Of a stretch of 64,000 nt of DNA, positions 31,448-42,548 are shown in pieces; the stretch's first letter is position 1; each line of letters opens with the position of its first letter. Source of the DNA: an uncultured Nitrososphaerota archaeon. GTDB lineage: Archaea > Thermoproteota > Nitrososphaeria > Nitrososphaerales > Nitrosopumilaceae. The DNA lies in contig CAWGPD010000002.1 in assembly GCA_963824385.1 (NCBI GenBank), positions 160,001 through 224,000 on the forward strand, read 5' to 3'. Below the pieces are notes generated by a model, which was not told the origin of the DNA, did not search any database, and saw only the letters and a list, made by a program, of their open reading frames with translations. The position numbers and the translations under genes were made by a program.

Positions 31448-32380
31448 CTTACAGCAATAACCCTCGTCAGGCTCTTATGCCTATAGATCTCGTATTTCTT
31501 TGCTTTGTTTAATTCATCCACATCTAGACCTTTTTTGTACACTATTACAAGCTTTTTTCTCTTTGGAATTGTGGAAACAAAATCTTTGATTAGTTTCTTT
31601 GGAGAAATAGATGCCCTTGATGAAATTCCATAAGGCAGATCTGTTACTATTGCATCTATTGTACTCTTGATATTTTGTATTTCATTATAGCCAGAATTTA
31701 TCACCTTTGACTTGAATTGATTTGCGGCAAGATTTTTTTTGGTTATATCACACATTAATGGATCAAAATCAATTCCAATGGATTTGATTCCCATTGATTC
31801 TGCTTGCAGCAAAATTGTTCCAGTACCACAAAAGGGATCGCAAAGTGTTTTTCCTTCTTTTAGCTGTGAAAGGTTTACAATACATCTGCTAAGCTTCAAG
31901 TCTAATTCATGAGGATGCTTGATTGCCTTTATTGGAAACTTTGGCTCAATTTTTACGTCTGCACAGCCAATATACTGCTCTGAATCTGTAATGATGAGAT
32001 ATACTGTAAGATGAGGATTTGATAGCGATACCTTGGATCCCCATCTATTTTTGAGCACTTGTCCTACTTGTTTTTCTAATAAAGATGGACTAATCTTTCT
32101 TGATGACAAATTTATTGTTCTACAGACAAATGACAGAGGTTTTGGTATGGGCGGATCAATCTTTGATATATCATCAAAGGTATCTATAATATTTCCAGAA
32201 TTTCTGACAAATGTTGCTCTACTTGATATTTTTTTCCATGACACTTTGGATTTTAGTATAACCAGTCTTGGTTCTGAGCTTGATTTTGTTTTAGGATCAT
32301 AAGCTTTTTGATATTGAAATAACTTCATCTCTTGCAAGGTCTTCATATTGACCTGGTAATACAAAGAAGCTTTGCAACAT
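31444..32380 (-). CDS. THUMP + SAM methyltransferase, Trm11/TrmG10-like (true start ATG 32380, frameshift near 32305)
   Basis: [18 protein letters not shown]-terminus [20 protein letters not shown] in another frame. Confidence 0.8.
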
Positions 32381-33257
32381 TCAGATTATAGCCTTTGCAA
32401 TTATTGACGAGACATCTACAAGAGATGTCTTGTTTGGTATGGTATTGGTGCTGATTATCTTTGTTACTCCAGATTTTATTATATTTTTTTCTGCGTCTCC
32501 GATCATCAAAGCATGTGTACAACATGCATAAATTTTACCACTTTTTTGTTTCTTTAAAAATTCTGCCGCCTTGGCAATACTTCCTCCAGTACTTATCATA
32601 TCATCAACTATTATCATGTCCCTTCCTTTTACTCCATCATATTTTTTTGTCTTGATCTCTACTTTGCCAGTTTTTCTATCTCGATGTTTTTCTAGAGCAA
32701 TAAAATCAACACCAAGAAGATTTGCAAAATTTTTAGCCCTTTCTATTCCTCCCTTATCTGGTGAGACAACAAGAGGATCATTAAGTGATAATTTTTTGAA
32801 ATACTTGACCAATTCTTCTATTGCACTGACATTTTTTGCAGGAATCTGTAGTTGTTTTAATGCAGTAATGCTGTGAATATCTACAACAATTATCTTGGTT
32901 GCACCAGCCGCCTTGAACATTTTTGCAACAAGTTCCATGGTAATTATTTCACCAGGCAGAAATTGTCTATCTTGTCTTGCATATCCCATGTATGGAATTA
33001 CTGCATAAACTTGAGAGGAACAAGATCGTGCTTGTGAGACAATAGTGAAACTGCGAATTAGATTAGAATCAACTGGAGGATAAATTGACTGGACCACTAT
33101 TATTTTCCCCTTTGGCTTGTCCTTGAGAGTAATCTTGCTTTCTCCATCTGGGAATACTCGTAATTCACATCCAACAAACTTTGATTTTAATTTAGAAGTC
33201 TATTCTTTTTGCTAGTTGTTCTGAAGATGGGCCTCCAATAACTGTAAAAGCAGTCAT
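32381..33257 (-). CDS. prs: Ribose-phosphate pyrophosphokinase (frameshift near 33200)
   Basis: VFPDGE, PYMGYARQDR, VSPDKGG, VDDMISTGGS; ATG at 33257. Confidence 0.93.
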
Positions 33258-33446
33258 CAATCAAATCGAGCCTTGAGCTATTCTTAAGTTTTGAGGGGAA
33301 GTAATCTACATGGAAAATTTTGCCCTTAAAAATAGCGGGGGTATGGACACAACTTTTTGATTTGACTAGCTATGAAAATTATAATGAAAAGACAGGGTAT
33401 AATTCTATAACGCTAATTTAATCAAGATATCTAAAGTATAACGGAT

Positions 33447-34205
33447 GTGAATATTTCACGATTAATAGTTGGATATATCTATGACCCGTTTATAGTTTGG
33501 GCCATTTTTTTCAGCATTCTCATTAATCTTGCTTTTATTTCTGCAATTGAAGACTTTGTTAAATGGATCTTGGAAAGCCAAATTTATCTGGTTATTTTTA
33601 CCACTTCTTTTGTATTTTCATATTTTAGACAAACATATCCGCTATACAAAAAAATCAAAGATATCAAAAAAGCCAAACTTCATGATAAATGGGTAGTGCC
33701 ACGAATAATGTCTGACAAAGTAGTACTTGACATGTTGCTGTGGTTAGGTGGCGGTGTTTTGTTTTTTGCTGAGCTTATGATGAGTTTTGGTGCATTGGAT
33801 CATAATGCAATTGCTAACAAGATGACATATTCTCAACTAGAGTCAGAACTCCCCATTTTGGGTTTTGTTTGCATCCCTCTCATATCTACTTATTACAATA
33901 TGCGTCTTGATAATTATCTCAAAAAACTTGAAATCAAACTTGAAAAAATTAATTCTGAGACAATTGGCCCATTACTCATTATGACATTCTTTATGACATT
34001 AAGTGTATGTAGCAACACAAAATTTTTTTGCCCATTACTAGTCTCTGATAAATCTTCCACTGGAAACGCATATAAAAATAAAGGTCATGCACAATACCCT
34101 AGTAACTCTCGCACAGGTTTAAAGAACAGAATTTACATCATAGAACAATGCAAACCAGAATTGTCTCCTTTCTTCCTAGTGCAACTGAAATATTATACGA
34201 GCTAG
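33447..34205 (+). CDS. Hypothetical multi-TM membrane protein (3' end uncertain; overlaps next gene)
   Basis: Several hydrophobic segments in the first ~190 aa. Confidence 0.5.
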   Translation: MNISRLIVGYIYDPFIVWAIFFSILINLAFISAIEDFVKWILESQIYLVIFTTSFVFSYFRQTYPLYKKIKDIKKAKLHDKWVVPRIMSDKVVLDMLLWLGGGVLFFAELMMSFGALDHNAIANKMTYSQLESELPILGFVCIPLISTYYNMRLDNYLKKLEIKLEKINSETIGPLLIMTFFMTLSVCSNTKFFCPLLVSDKSSTGNAYKNKGHAQYPSNSRTGLKNRIYIIEQCKPELSPFFLVQLKYYTS

Positions 34206-35068
34206 GGGCAGGAGACCAAGTTCTAGCTGTTACCCATGAGTGCAATTATCCTACAGACGCCAAAACAAAACCCAAAGTAATTCATGCCTCATTTGATCCA
34301 GAGAAAATGTCAAGTAAAGAAATTGACAATAAAGTAATAGATCTAGTACATACGGGAAAAGACATTTACATTTTAGATGAACAAGTACTACAAAAAGCAA
34401 ATCCAGAACTTATTGTAGCACAGGGAATATGCGAAGTGTGTTCTCCATATACTAGCGAAATTAACAGAGCAGTAGAATTGCTTGGAGGAAAAACCGAAGT
34501 TCTAATTTTAGATCCCAGTAACTTGGATGATATATTACAAGATATAATTAAAATAGGAAATAAAATTGGAAGACAAGAAAAGGCAAGAGACTTTGTTATA
34601 CAATTACAAAAGAGAATAGATTACATCAAAAATATTCAAAAAATATCACGACCCAAGGTACTTTGCATAGAATGGCTAGATCCATTGTTTACAGCTGGTC
34701 ATTGGGTTCCTCAGATGGTAGAGATGGCAGGTGGTATAAATGGAATAAGTTCTACAGGAGATAAATCAAGAAGAATGGAGGTTGATGAGATAATAAAATT
34801 TGATCCTGATATTCTAGTACTAATGCCGTGTGGATTTGATGTCAAGAGAACTATACTAGAGTATGACAAGTTACTTGAAAATGAAAATTGGAGTTCACTC
34901 AAGGCAGTAAAACAAGGTGAGGTCTATGCGGTAAATTCAAATGAATATTTTAGCAAACCTGGACCAAGAACAGTTGTAGGTCTTGAGATTTTAGCCAAGA
35001 TAATTCATCCAGATACATTTCGGGATATACACATTCCAAAACAATCCCTTCAAAAAATTGAATGCTAA
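34148..35068 (+). CDS. Cobalamin/iron-siderophore-binding protein (BtuF-like)
   Basis: RIVSFLPSATEIL, VTHECNYP, EWLDP..AGHWVP, YFSKPGPR. Confidence 0.88.
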   Translation: MQTRIVSFLPSATEILYELGAGDQVLAVTHECNYPTDAKTKPKVIHASFDPEKMSSKEIDNKVIDLVHTGKDIYILDEQVLQKANPELIVAQGICEVCSPYTSEINRAVELLGGKTEVLILDPSNLDDILQDIIKIGNKIGRQEKARDFVIQLQKRIDYIKNIQKISRPKVLCIEWLDPLFTAGHWVPQMVEMAGGINGISSTGDKSRRMEVDEIIKFDPDILVLMPCGFDVKRTILEYDKLLENENWSSLKAVKQGEVYAVNSNEYFSKPGPRTVVGLEILAKIIHPDTFRDIHIPKQSLQKIEC

Positions 35069-35080
35069 ATAATAAAACAG

Positions 35081-35116
35081 TTGCATCCTCACAGGGTAGC
35101 TGTATTGAGGATGCAA
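35081..35116. other. Strong hairpin immediately downstream of BtuF-like gene
   Basis: TTGCATCCTCA (35081-35091) / TGAGGATGCAA (35106-35116) with inner CAG/CTG. Confidence 0.6.
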
Positions 35117-35304
35117 TCTATGATATTGATTATTATACTAAACTTGATTTATTTATCTAAGCTCTAACTTTTACTTTCTTATTCTAAAATCTTAGAATCA
35201 TCTGTATTACTCTCTAAAACAATAATTCAAAATACTAATTGAATCTAAAAATGAATTTTATGACATAAAAAATTTCAAATTAGGCTTAAAAGTTAGGTAG
35301 TGTA

Positions 35305-36144
35305 TTGGACCTAGTATTTTCTGACATCCATGCTGATATCAATGCGCTTGATCTGATAATTGATACTGTATCAAGTGAAGAATTTATAAAAAAATATGGC
35401 TCTTTCTCTAGAATCATCAATCTAGGTGATTTGCTTGAGCGTGGCATTTACCCAAAACAAGTCATATCAAAACTAAAATCACTTGAGAAAAATTATCCAA
35501 TTTTCTCTGTAGTGGGAAATCATGATGAAGGATTCCTAAGCGGTAAAAAAGTTAGTGCCAGTTCTTTTGAAAGTATGGATGCACATGAAAAACTCAATGA
35601 TGAAGATCTTTCCTTCTTTAAGAAAAATAGTGATGGAACATTTGGTAACCAAGAGTATATTGATACAAAGAATGGTCTTTTTTGCGTTCATGGAGGACCA
35701 TTGGACCCAAAGAAAATAACTCCTAGAAATGCTGACAATGAAGCTTGGCTCTATCAAAGAAATTGGCAGCGACTTACTGATGAAGGCTTTGAATTCTTTA
35801 GCTATCATGGATATCATTACAAGGCATCATCTGCTTTTAATGAGGTTGGAAAACATGTTAACAATCACATCATACTGTGTGGACATCAGCATATGGAGAC
35901 GGCAATAACTAGTAGGGGAGGTAAAATTCATGATATATACTCCAAGATCAAGCCAAAAAAAGAAATGATCTCTGGGCATATATTGGAAAGTAAAGAAATT
36001 GATATAGATCAAACCAGCAACTATCTAATCAGATTAGGATTGGGAGGACCTGCAGGATATTATGGTGTAGGTTCATCTGTTCCACATTTTGCTATAATCC
36101 AATACAACCCCAAAAAAGTAATACTATTTACAGTAAACCCTTGA
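35305..36144 (+). CDS. Calcineurin-like metallophosphoesterase
   Basis: SDIHAD, LGDL, GNHD, VHGG, GHQH. Confidence 0.9.
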   Translation: MDLVFSDIHADINALDLIIDTVSSEEFIKKYGSFSRIINLGDLLERGIYPKQVISKLKSLEKNYPIFSVVGNHDEGFLSGKKVSASSFESMDAHEKLNDEDLSFFKKNSDGTFGNQEYIDTKNGLFCVHGGPLDPKKITPRNADNEAWLYQRNWQRLTDEGFEFFSYHGYHYKASSAFNEVGKHVNNHIILCGHQHMETAITSRGGKIHDIYSKIKPKKEMISGHILESKEIDIDQTSNYLIRLGLGGPAGYYGVGSSVPHFAIIQYNPKKVILFTVNP

Positions 36145-36162
36145 AATATTAACAGAAATATA

Positions 36163-36705
36163 ATGAGCGGAACTGATATTCTAAGAAACGATCACAGGCA
36201 GATACGTAGACTAGAAAAAGTAATTGTCAAATGTTATACTCAACTCTATGAAGGCAAAGATATTCCATTTTCTGATATTGAAATAATGGTGTTAATCATG
36301 TCAGAATTTCTGGATGCAGTACATTATGCAAGAGAAGAAGACCAGTATTTTCCATGCGTTGTAACATATGATTCTCTAAAACAAGAGATCCGAGCATTTA
36401 TGATTGAACATGAATTTGGAAGAAGAATGGCATCCAATGTTTCAAAATATTTACAACAGTGGAAATCCGGAGAAAACCAAAGAGAGTCAGTTGCAAGATT
36501 TCTAAAGGCGTATGCAGTAAACCTTGACGAACATCTAACTAAGGAAGATAAATTCTTTGATATTGCAGAAAATCAAGTTCTATCCCAAGACGAAGAAAAA
36601 ATGATGTATGAAGAATTTCGAGCAGTGACTGCAGTTATTACAAAACTTGATGAGATGATAAAGTCAATAGATTATCTAGAGACTACGCCTTGGATGAAGA
36701 ACTAG
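36163..36705 (+). CDS. Hemerythrin (HHE) domain protein
   Basis: LRNDH, HYAREED..FP, EHE.GR, HLTKED. Confidence 0.88.
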   Translation: MSGTDILRNDHRQIRRLEKVIVKCYTQLYEGKDIPFSDIEIMVLIMSEFLDAVHYAREEDQYFPCVVTYDSLKQEIRAFMIEHEFGRRMASNVSKYLQQWKSGENQRESVARFLKAYAVNLDEHLTKEDKFFDIAENQVLSQDEEKMMYEEFRAVTAVITKLDEMIKSIDYLETTPWMKN

Positions 36706-36838
36706 TTCTCAAAGACTGATCTTACTCTTGGATAAACAGAGACTTCTTGTTCTGATGTGAATTTTTGTTGCATATTTATTCATGGGATGCATAATTATTA
36801 TATATCATCACCATAGTATGATAACTAAACATACTAAC

Positions 36839-37583
36839 ATGAGCAATATAGTAAATCTCCGTATACACATAGCGCCTGTTGGCTTTGAAATAGATAGAAT
36901 AGCAATTCCTGCTAAACAGATGAAAGCAGACCGAGTATGGCTCATCATGCATGAAGAACCATCAAAGGATAGGGCACAAGGTTTTATGGAGAAAATTAAG
37001 ACGCAGCTGAAAAAAAGAAAAGATCGAAGTACAAATTGCACACTCTAACAGATTTGATCTTTTCAAAATCTTAAGAGCATTAAAAGAAATTGTACAAAAA
37101 GAGGAAGGTAATGATATTTTTGTTAACTGTTCCTCGGGATCAAAAATTCAGGCAATTGCATGCATGATGGCATGCATGATGTTTCAGGGAAAGACAAAAC
37201 TTACACCATATTATGCAGAACCAGAAAGTTACTCTAGTGTAAAAGGAGAACAACTATCATTAGGCCTTAAATCAGTTGTAAAATTACCCGCTTACGAAAT
37301 TCATACCCCCAAGCCAGTTTTGGTACAAGCTTTGAAAATAATACAAGAAAATGGAGGCAAAATTACTAAAAAAGAAATGGCAAAGATTGCATACGAAAAA
37401 AAACTTGTTATCGTAAATGCAAGGGAAGAGAATTTTCAGCAAGCTAGATTTGCAAGTCTTGACAAAAACATTATCCAGCCACTCCTAAATGAATGGAAGT
37501 TTATAGAAGTTGAAAGAATTGGAAGGACTAGGTGGATAAAAATAACACCTGAAGGACTAGGAGCGGTAGAGTTTCTTGGCTAA
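36839..37583 (+). CDS. HFX_2341/DUF6293-type regulator (Rossmann/CARF-like + wHTH); frameshift in A-run near 37015
   Basis: IHIAPVGFEIDRI, ADRVWL, FVNCSSGSK, YYAEP..Y, C-terminal wHTH IIQPLL.EWKFIEVERIGR...ITPEG. Confidence 0.8.
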
Positions 37584-37801
37584 CCACGTGTGGCAAGCTC
37601 AGGTTTGAGAGTCCAAGCAATACCCATTGCAGTGAAAGGTATGGCAATTATTAGTGCTATTTCCAAATAGGTTTTGAATTGTTCGGATTGCTGAGGAGTT
37701 GGATTAGAGCCCACTAGGAAAGGTACAGGTAATGCAGAGGCAAACCAAATAATTGAAAGCATAATGACTATCTTAAGAGTACGTTTCCTTTTTGGAGTCA
37801 T
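37580..37801 (-). CDS. Small two-TM membrane protein
   Basis: 73 aa, two hydrophobic helices. Confidence 0.7.
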   Translation of the reverse strand: MTPKRKRTLKIVIMLSIIWFASALPVPFLVGSNPTPQQSEQFKTYLEIALIIAIPFTAMGIAWTLKPELATRG

Positions 37802-37843
37802 GGTATAGTCTTAGACTAGGTTCTATTAATTTGATTAGGGTGA

Positions 37844-38588
37844 TTATTTTGTTATAGCACCCCCATCTATGGGTAAAATTGCACCAGTGATCCATGAGGA
37901 ATCTTCTGAAACAAGATAAAGTATAGCCTTTGCAACGTCTTCTGGGACTCCTATTCTTCCAATTGGATGCTCTGCCACTGCCATTGATCTATCAATTTCA
38001 TTTCCAAGATATGGTTGCGTCATATCGGTCTCCACAATTCCAGGACAAACACAATTTACGCGTATTTTATACTTGGCGTACTCTATTGCCCATGCCTTTG
38101 TAAGCAAGACCAATGCTCCTTTTGAAGCAGTATACGCATCTGCTTCAAAATTTTCAAATGATTTCAATCCTGCATCTGATGAAACATTAACAATACAACC
38201 ACCTGTTTTCATCAAATGTGGTATCACAGACTTTTGTGAAACGAAATTGTCCGGTCAAGTTTACATCTATTACTTCATTCCATTCTTCTTCGGAAATTTC
38301 ATGTAGAGGTTTTACTTTAGGAAAAATACCTGCATTATTTACTAGAATATCGATTTTACCAAAATGCTCCAGAGTACTTTTTACTACATTTTCTACATCG
38401 GTTGTCTTTCGAATATCACCAACAATTGCAATAGCATTTTTTATTTCTTTTACTGCATTTTCAAGATTCGTTTTATCCTTTGATGTAATTACAACATCTG
38501 CACCATGTTGTGCAAGTAAAATTGCGGTAGATTTTCCAATTCCTCTACTACCACCAGTAACAATTGCGACTTTACCGGAGAGTTTCAT
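37844..38588 (-). CDS. SDR oxidoreductase, FabG-like (frameshift near 38230)
   Basis: TGGSRGIG, NNAG, YTASK, IRVN.VCPG, ITGAILPIDGG. Confidence 0.9.
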
Positions 38589-38831
38589 CTATTCTAAATT
38601 TGTACATTGTATAGATTAGTTTGTCGAGGATAAAATCTTAAAATCTTCATTATTGACGAATCATCAAAAAGGTATATTGCACTGATATCGTGATTGCAAG
38701 TTGTGCAAGGGTTTTTTATAATATTTTAGTAAAATACTATAGAAACATGAAAAAATATATGTAAAATGATAAATATGATGATGTATTATACATTATAATG
38801 CAGAATGATGCAAAATCTACTGCTTAAACGA

Positions 38832-38920
38832 GCGTGGCTCCGTAGACTGAAATAATAGAATCCGCACTTGGGTGAGGATAAAAGAGGTAATCTCTACTTG
38901 TCTACGAACAAGAGCCACGC
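38832..38920. ncRNA. Candidate structured RNA / palindromic element (type A, second copy of architecture)
   Basis: GCGTGGCTC/GAGCCACGC and CGTAGAC/GTCTACG stems enclosing two hairpins. Confidence 0.45.
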
Positions 38921-39024
38921 CATTAAATTTCAAAATACTGTATAGTGAAAATTATTTTTTGATCAAGAATTTTTAAATTAAGAAATAATTTTGAATTGAA
39001 GAGATTAAATTTTTTATAAAAAGT

Positions 39025-39939
39025 TTAGAGCTTGAGAGATTCTTTTAATCCCTTGTATCTATTTCTGATTGTTACCTCAGTTACTCCTGCGGCTTGTGCA
39101 ACATCTTTCTGTGTTTTGTTTTCTCCATTCATAACACATGACAAATACAATGCAGCAGCTGCAAGTCCCATTGGATCCTTTCCTGCAGAAATCTCAATTT
39201 CTGCAGCATCTTTTAGGATCTGAAGAGCTCTTCTTTTTGTTTTCTCACTCAAACCAGCTTTACTTGCAATTCTTGCAACACATTTTATTGGATCAACAAC
39301 TGGCATTTTCAAATCAAGTTCTCGCAACAAAAGTCTGTAACATCTTGCAACATCTTTTCGTTTAATATTGATTCCATTTGCAACATCAGTAAGTGTTCTT
39401 GGAGTTTCAGTATCTCTACATGCTGCATACAATGCAGCAGCTACAAGTCCTGGAATTGATCTGCCTCTGACAAGGCCTTTGTCAAGTGCCTTTCTGTAAA
39501 TATAAGCAGTTTTTTCAATTACTGCATCAGATAATGCAAGTTTGTCTTTTAATCTATCAAGCTCACTGAAAGCTTGTCTAAAGTTTCTATCAACTGGCTC
39601 ATGAACTTGACTTCTGCTATCCCAAGTTCTCAATCTCTCAATTGTACTTTTCATAGATGCAGAAAGTGGTTTTCCAGATGCATCTTTGTCGGCAGGACCA
39701 ATTATTGTTGCAAGTCCCATATCATGCATTGCTAGTGAAGTTGGAGTTCCAGTTCTACTTCGATCTTCGTGTTCCTCTTTAGAAAATGATCTCCATTCTG
39801 GACCAGATTCTTCTACACGTTCAGTAAGTACAAAACCGCAACCTCCACAAAACATTTCTCCTGTAGTATTATCAGTTACCATTGGACCTTTTCCACAACG
39901 AGGACAACGTCCGCCGCCACCAAAAGATTCGCGAGCCAT
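39025..39939 (-). CDS. tfb: Transcription initiation factor B
   Basis: Zn ribbon CPRC..CGGCG, GPEWRSF, GLVRGRS, GKDPMGLAAAALY, VTEVTIRNRYK. Confidence 0.96.
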   Translation of the reverse strand: MARESFGGGGRCPRCGKGPMVTDNTTGEMFCGGCGFVLTERVEESGPEWRSFSKEEHEDRSRTGTPTSLAMHDMGLATIIGPADKDASGKPLSASMKSTIERLRTWDSRSQVHEPVDRNFRQAFSELDRLKDKLALSDAVIEKTAYIYRKALDKGLVRGRSIPGLVAAALYAACRDTETPRTLTDVANGINIKRKDVARCYRLLLRELDLKMPVVDPIKCVARIASKAGLSEKTKRRALQILKDAAEIEISAGKDPMGLAAAALYLSCVMNGENKTQKDVAQAAGVTEVTIRNRYKGLKESLKL

Positions 39940-40276
39940 TTTATATCTTATAAGAATTTCGGTTAACATAGATAAAAAGGTTTAACTATGAGTAGGAATT
40001 GTAGAATTTATTAAAATTTAATAAGAATCTTATGGAAATTGTAATAATTACATTCTAAATATATAGAAATTATAATTTATGGATTACATTCTTTTTGGAA
40101 TAATCTATTTTTTTTGAATTAATGATTGTTCTAAATTTATTTATCTTGGGACATCTCAATACTATTTTAATTTATTAAATATTATAATTATTTTTCAAAA
40201 AATTATTTCAAAATTATTTGCGGTCTGATGCAAAACCTTAAATACATTTTCTTTGAAGAAGCGATACTAAATAAAA

Positions 40277-40436
40277 TGGAACAATGTCCACTTTGTTGTG
40301 AATTTCAGCAGTCGAATCAGGCGCTGACAATTCACCTAAAGAAAATCCATCCACAGAGAAATACTGCAATTCAGATAATGCGATAAATCTCTGTGCGGGG
40401 ATAGGCGTAGGATATATCCAATCGAGGTTATCCACG
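40277..40436. ncRNA. Candidate multi-hairpin structured RNA
   Basis: Consecutive stems GTGAATT/AATTCAC + TCAGC/GCTGA, CACAGAGA/TCTCTGTG, CGT(A)GGATA/TATCCACG in a GC-richer patch. Confidence 0.4.
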
Positions 40437-40570
40437 AATTTTTGGTTTTTTATTAAAAATAGAGAAAAGTGTATGCTGAATTGAATGTAAACCATTTGTC
40501 AGCTAAATTTAGCACACTGTTAACCGTATTTCACACCTGAAATTAAAAACCAATTAATTTAGTGATATTC

Positions 40571-41210
40571 ATGACATCATTTGGAAATAACTGGCAAAAA
40601 CCACAAACACCAAGCATTGGTGAAAAATTTCATGATGCAATAAAGCCACAAGGAGCATTAAAACCAAGACTGGAGAATGGTGTAAAACGACTCCAGACTC
40701 AAATTGGAAAACTTGATGGAATGATTACAAAACTAAAACAAAAAGATGCAAAGTTATTCCAAAGAATTGTAATTGCAACACAAAATCATGATATGGTTGC
40801 AAGTAAGGTTTTATCAAAAGAATTATCTGAAGTTAGAAAAGTAACAAAACTTTTAGGAAATGCTCGAATTGCTCTAGAACAGATTGAGCCTAGACTTACC
40901 ACATTCCACGACTTGGGAGATACTGTGGTAACTATAATGCCAACAATAGGTTTGATGAAAAACCTAAGATCCTCGCTTGTTAAATTTATGCCTGAAGCAG
41001 ACCATGAGACTAACTGGAATGACCGAAATGCTAGGTGGTCTTATGACTGATACATTCCACAGTGGAGACTTTGGAGTTGACTCTGAGGCTACAAGTGAAG
41101 AATCAGAAAAGATTCTTCAAGAAGCTTCAGCAGTTGCAGAGGCAGCAGTCAACGACAAACTACCTTCTATGCCTGTGGGTCAATCTTCCTCCTCGACCCG
41201 TTACGTCTAG
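40571..41210 (+). CDS. cdvB: ESCRT-III/Snf7-family CdvB paralogue (frameshift near 41010)
   Basis: PLKPR-like motif, ELSEVRKV.K.L..ARIALEQI..RL.T..DLGD.VV, ESEKILQEA. Confidence 0.85.
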
Positions 41211-42473
41211 ACTACCTTGTGTGATAATCTGTAGCGGAAATATATCTGGAATAAGACTAGTGACACTACTAGTATAACTGAAGCAGAAATGAACATAGTT
41301 GCATATCCTAGGAATTTTGTTAGCTCACCAGTTACAAGTGAACCAACAAATATTCCAACTCCTGTTACTGCACTATTTACCCCTAGATACTTTCCTTCAA
41401 ATCCTTGTGGAATACTCTTGAAAAATATAACCGAACTAGATGTACTAAAAATTGAAAATCCGATTACCATTAGACAAGCTGATGCTATTGTCATTGCAAA
41501 TCCAGATATTCCTGTCAGGAAAAGTAATGAAACAGCAGGAATAGCTACTGCTAAAATTCGTGGTATGTATGCTAATATCGTTGACCTTTCTTCTCCAAAC
41601 TTTGATATTATTTTTGGAGCAATAAAGAAAACCAATAGCATCAGCTACAGTTTGAATCATATAGTTTAGAAATACATCGGAGTTTGAAAAATTTTGATTT
41701 TTCAAAAATGGCGTCCAGGCAGTAAAGTAAATGTTACTGCCAAAATAGAAAAAAAATGACGCCAAATAAAATATGCCTATCTCATGACTTATCTTTCCTC
41801 TAAATATTGTAGTTATGTGTCTAAAATCATATGCCTCCAGGGCCTTTGGAAAGACAAAATGATAGTTGCTAATTGAATAACGCAGACCATGTAAAGAGTG
41901 TGCAATACTGCTTCTCTCAAGATGGATTCCATCACCTTTTACGGCTGTACTTAAAATCATAGATGCACCACTTGATGCAGCACATATTAGAAAATATGGT
42001 CTAATATCAAAATTAAAACTTCCAACTGTTCCAATAGCCATGGCTATTAGCATTCCAATAGTACCAATAACTGATGTACGCGCAAACAACCAACTCCAGA
42101 GATTTTTTTGTACTGATTCCATTACAAGAAGCTGTGTAACTGGACTTTTTGCTACTAGAAAAAAACCAAGAATTGTTGCTAATCCATAAAGAATGTAAAT
42201 TGAATTGGTAAGATACATTCCAAGACAACAAAGTAAAACAAAAAAGGATGAAAGAACAAGTATTGATCTCTTAGCATGAAATCTATCAATTATTCTACCC
42301 CACGCAAGTGAACCTATTGCTACAGATCCATTCTGAAGTGCAGATATTATAGCTACTTCACCTATGTTGCCCCCCAGAAAGATCACGTATAGTGGAATTA
42401 CAGTGCTTAATCCTTGAGCAGTAATCTGTGATGGTAACAAATACCATATCCATCGTTTAGCTTTGAGTTGCAT
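41207..42473 (-). CDS. MFS transporter (frameshift near 41645)
   Basis: WGRIIDRF motif A, ~12 TM across two ORFs, EGKYLG. Confidence 0.85.
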
Positions 42474-42548
42474 CTTTCTAGATAATCAACGGCTAGCCGT
42501 TATTGTATAATGCATTTGAAAAATCTCCATAGTTTTGTCTATCTTTGT

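Noticed and set aside
37005..37025. Programmed frameshift or phase variation at the A-run in the DUF6293 gene
   Set aside because: Indistinguishable from the many other indel errors in this sequence
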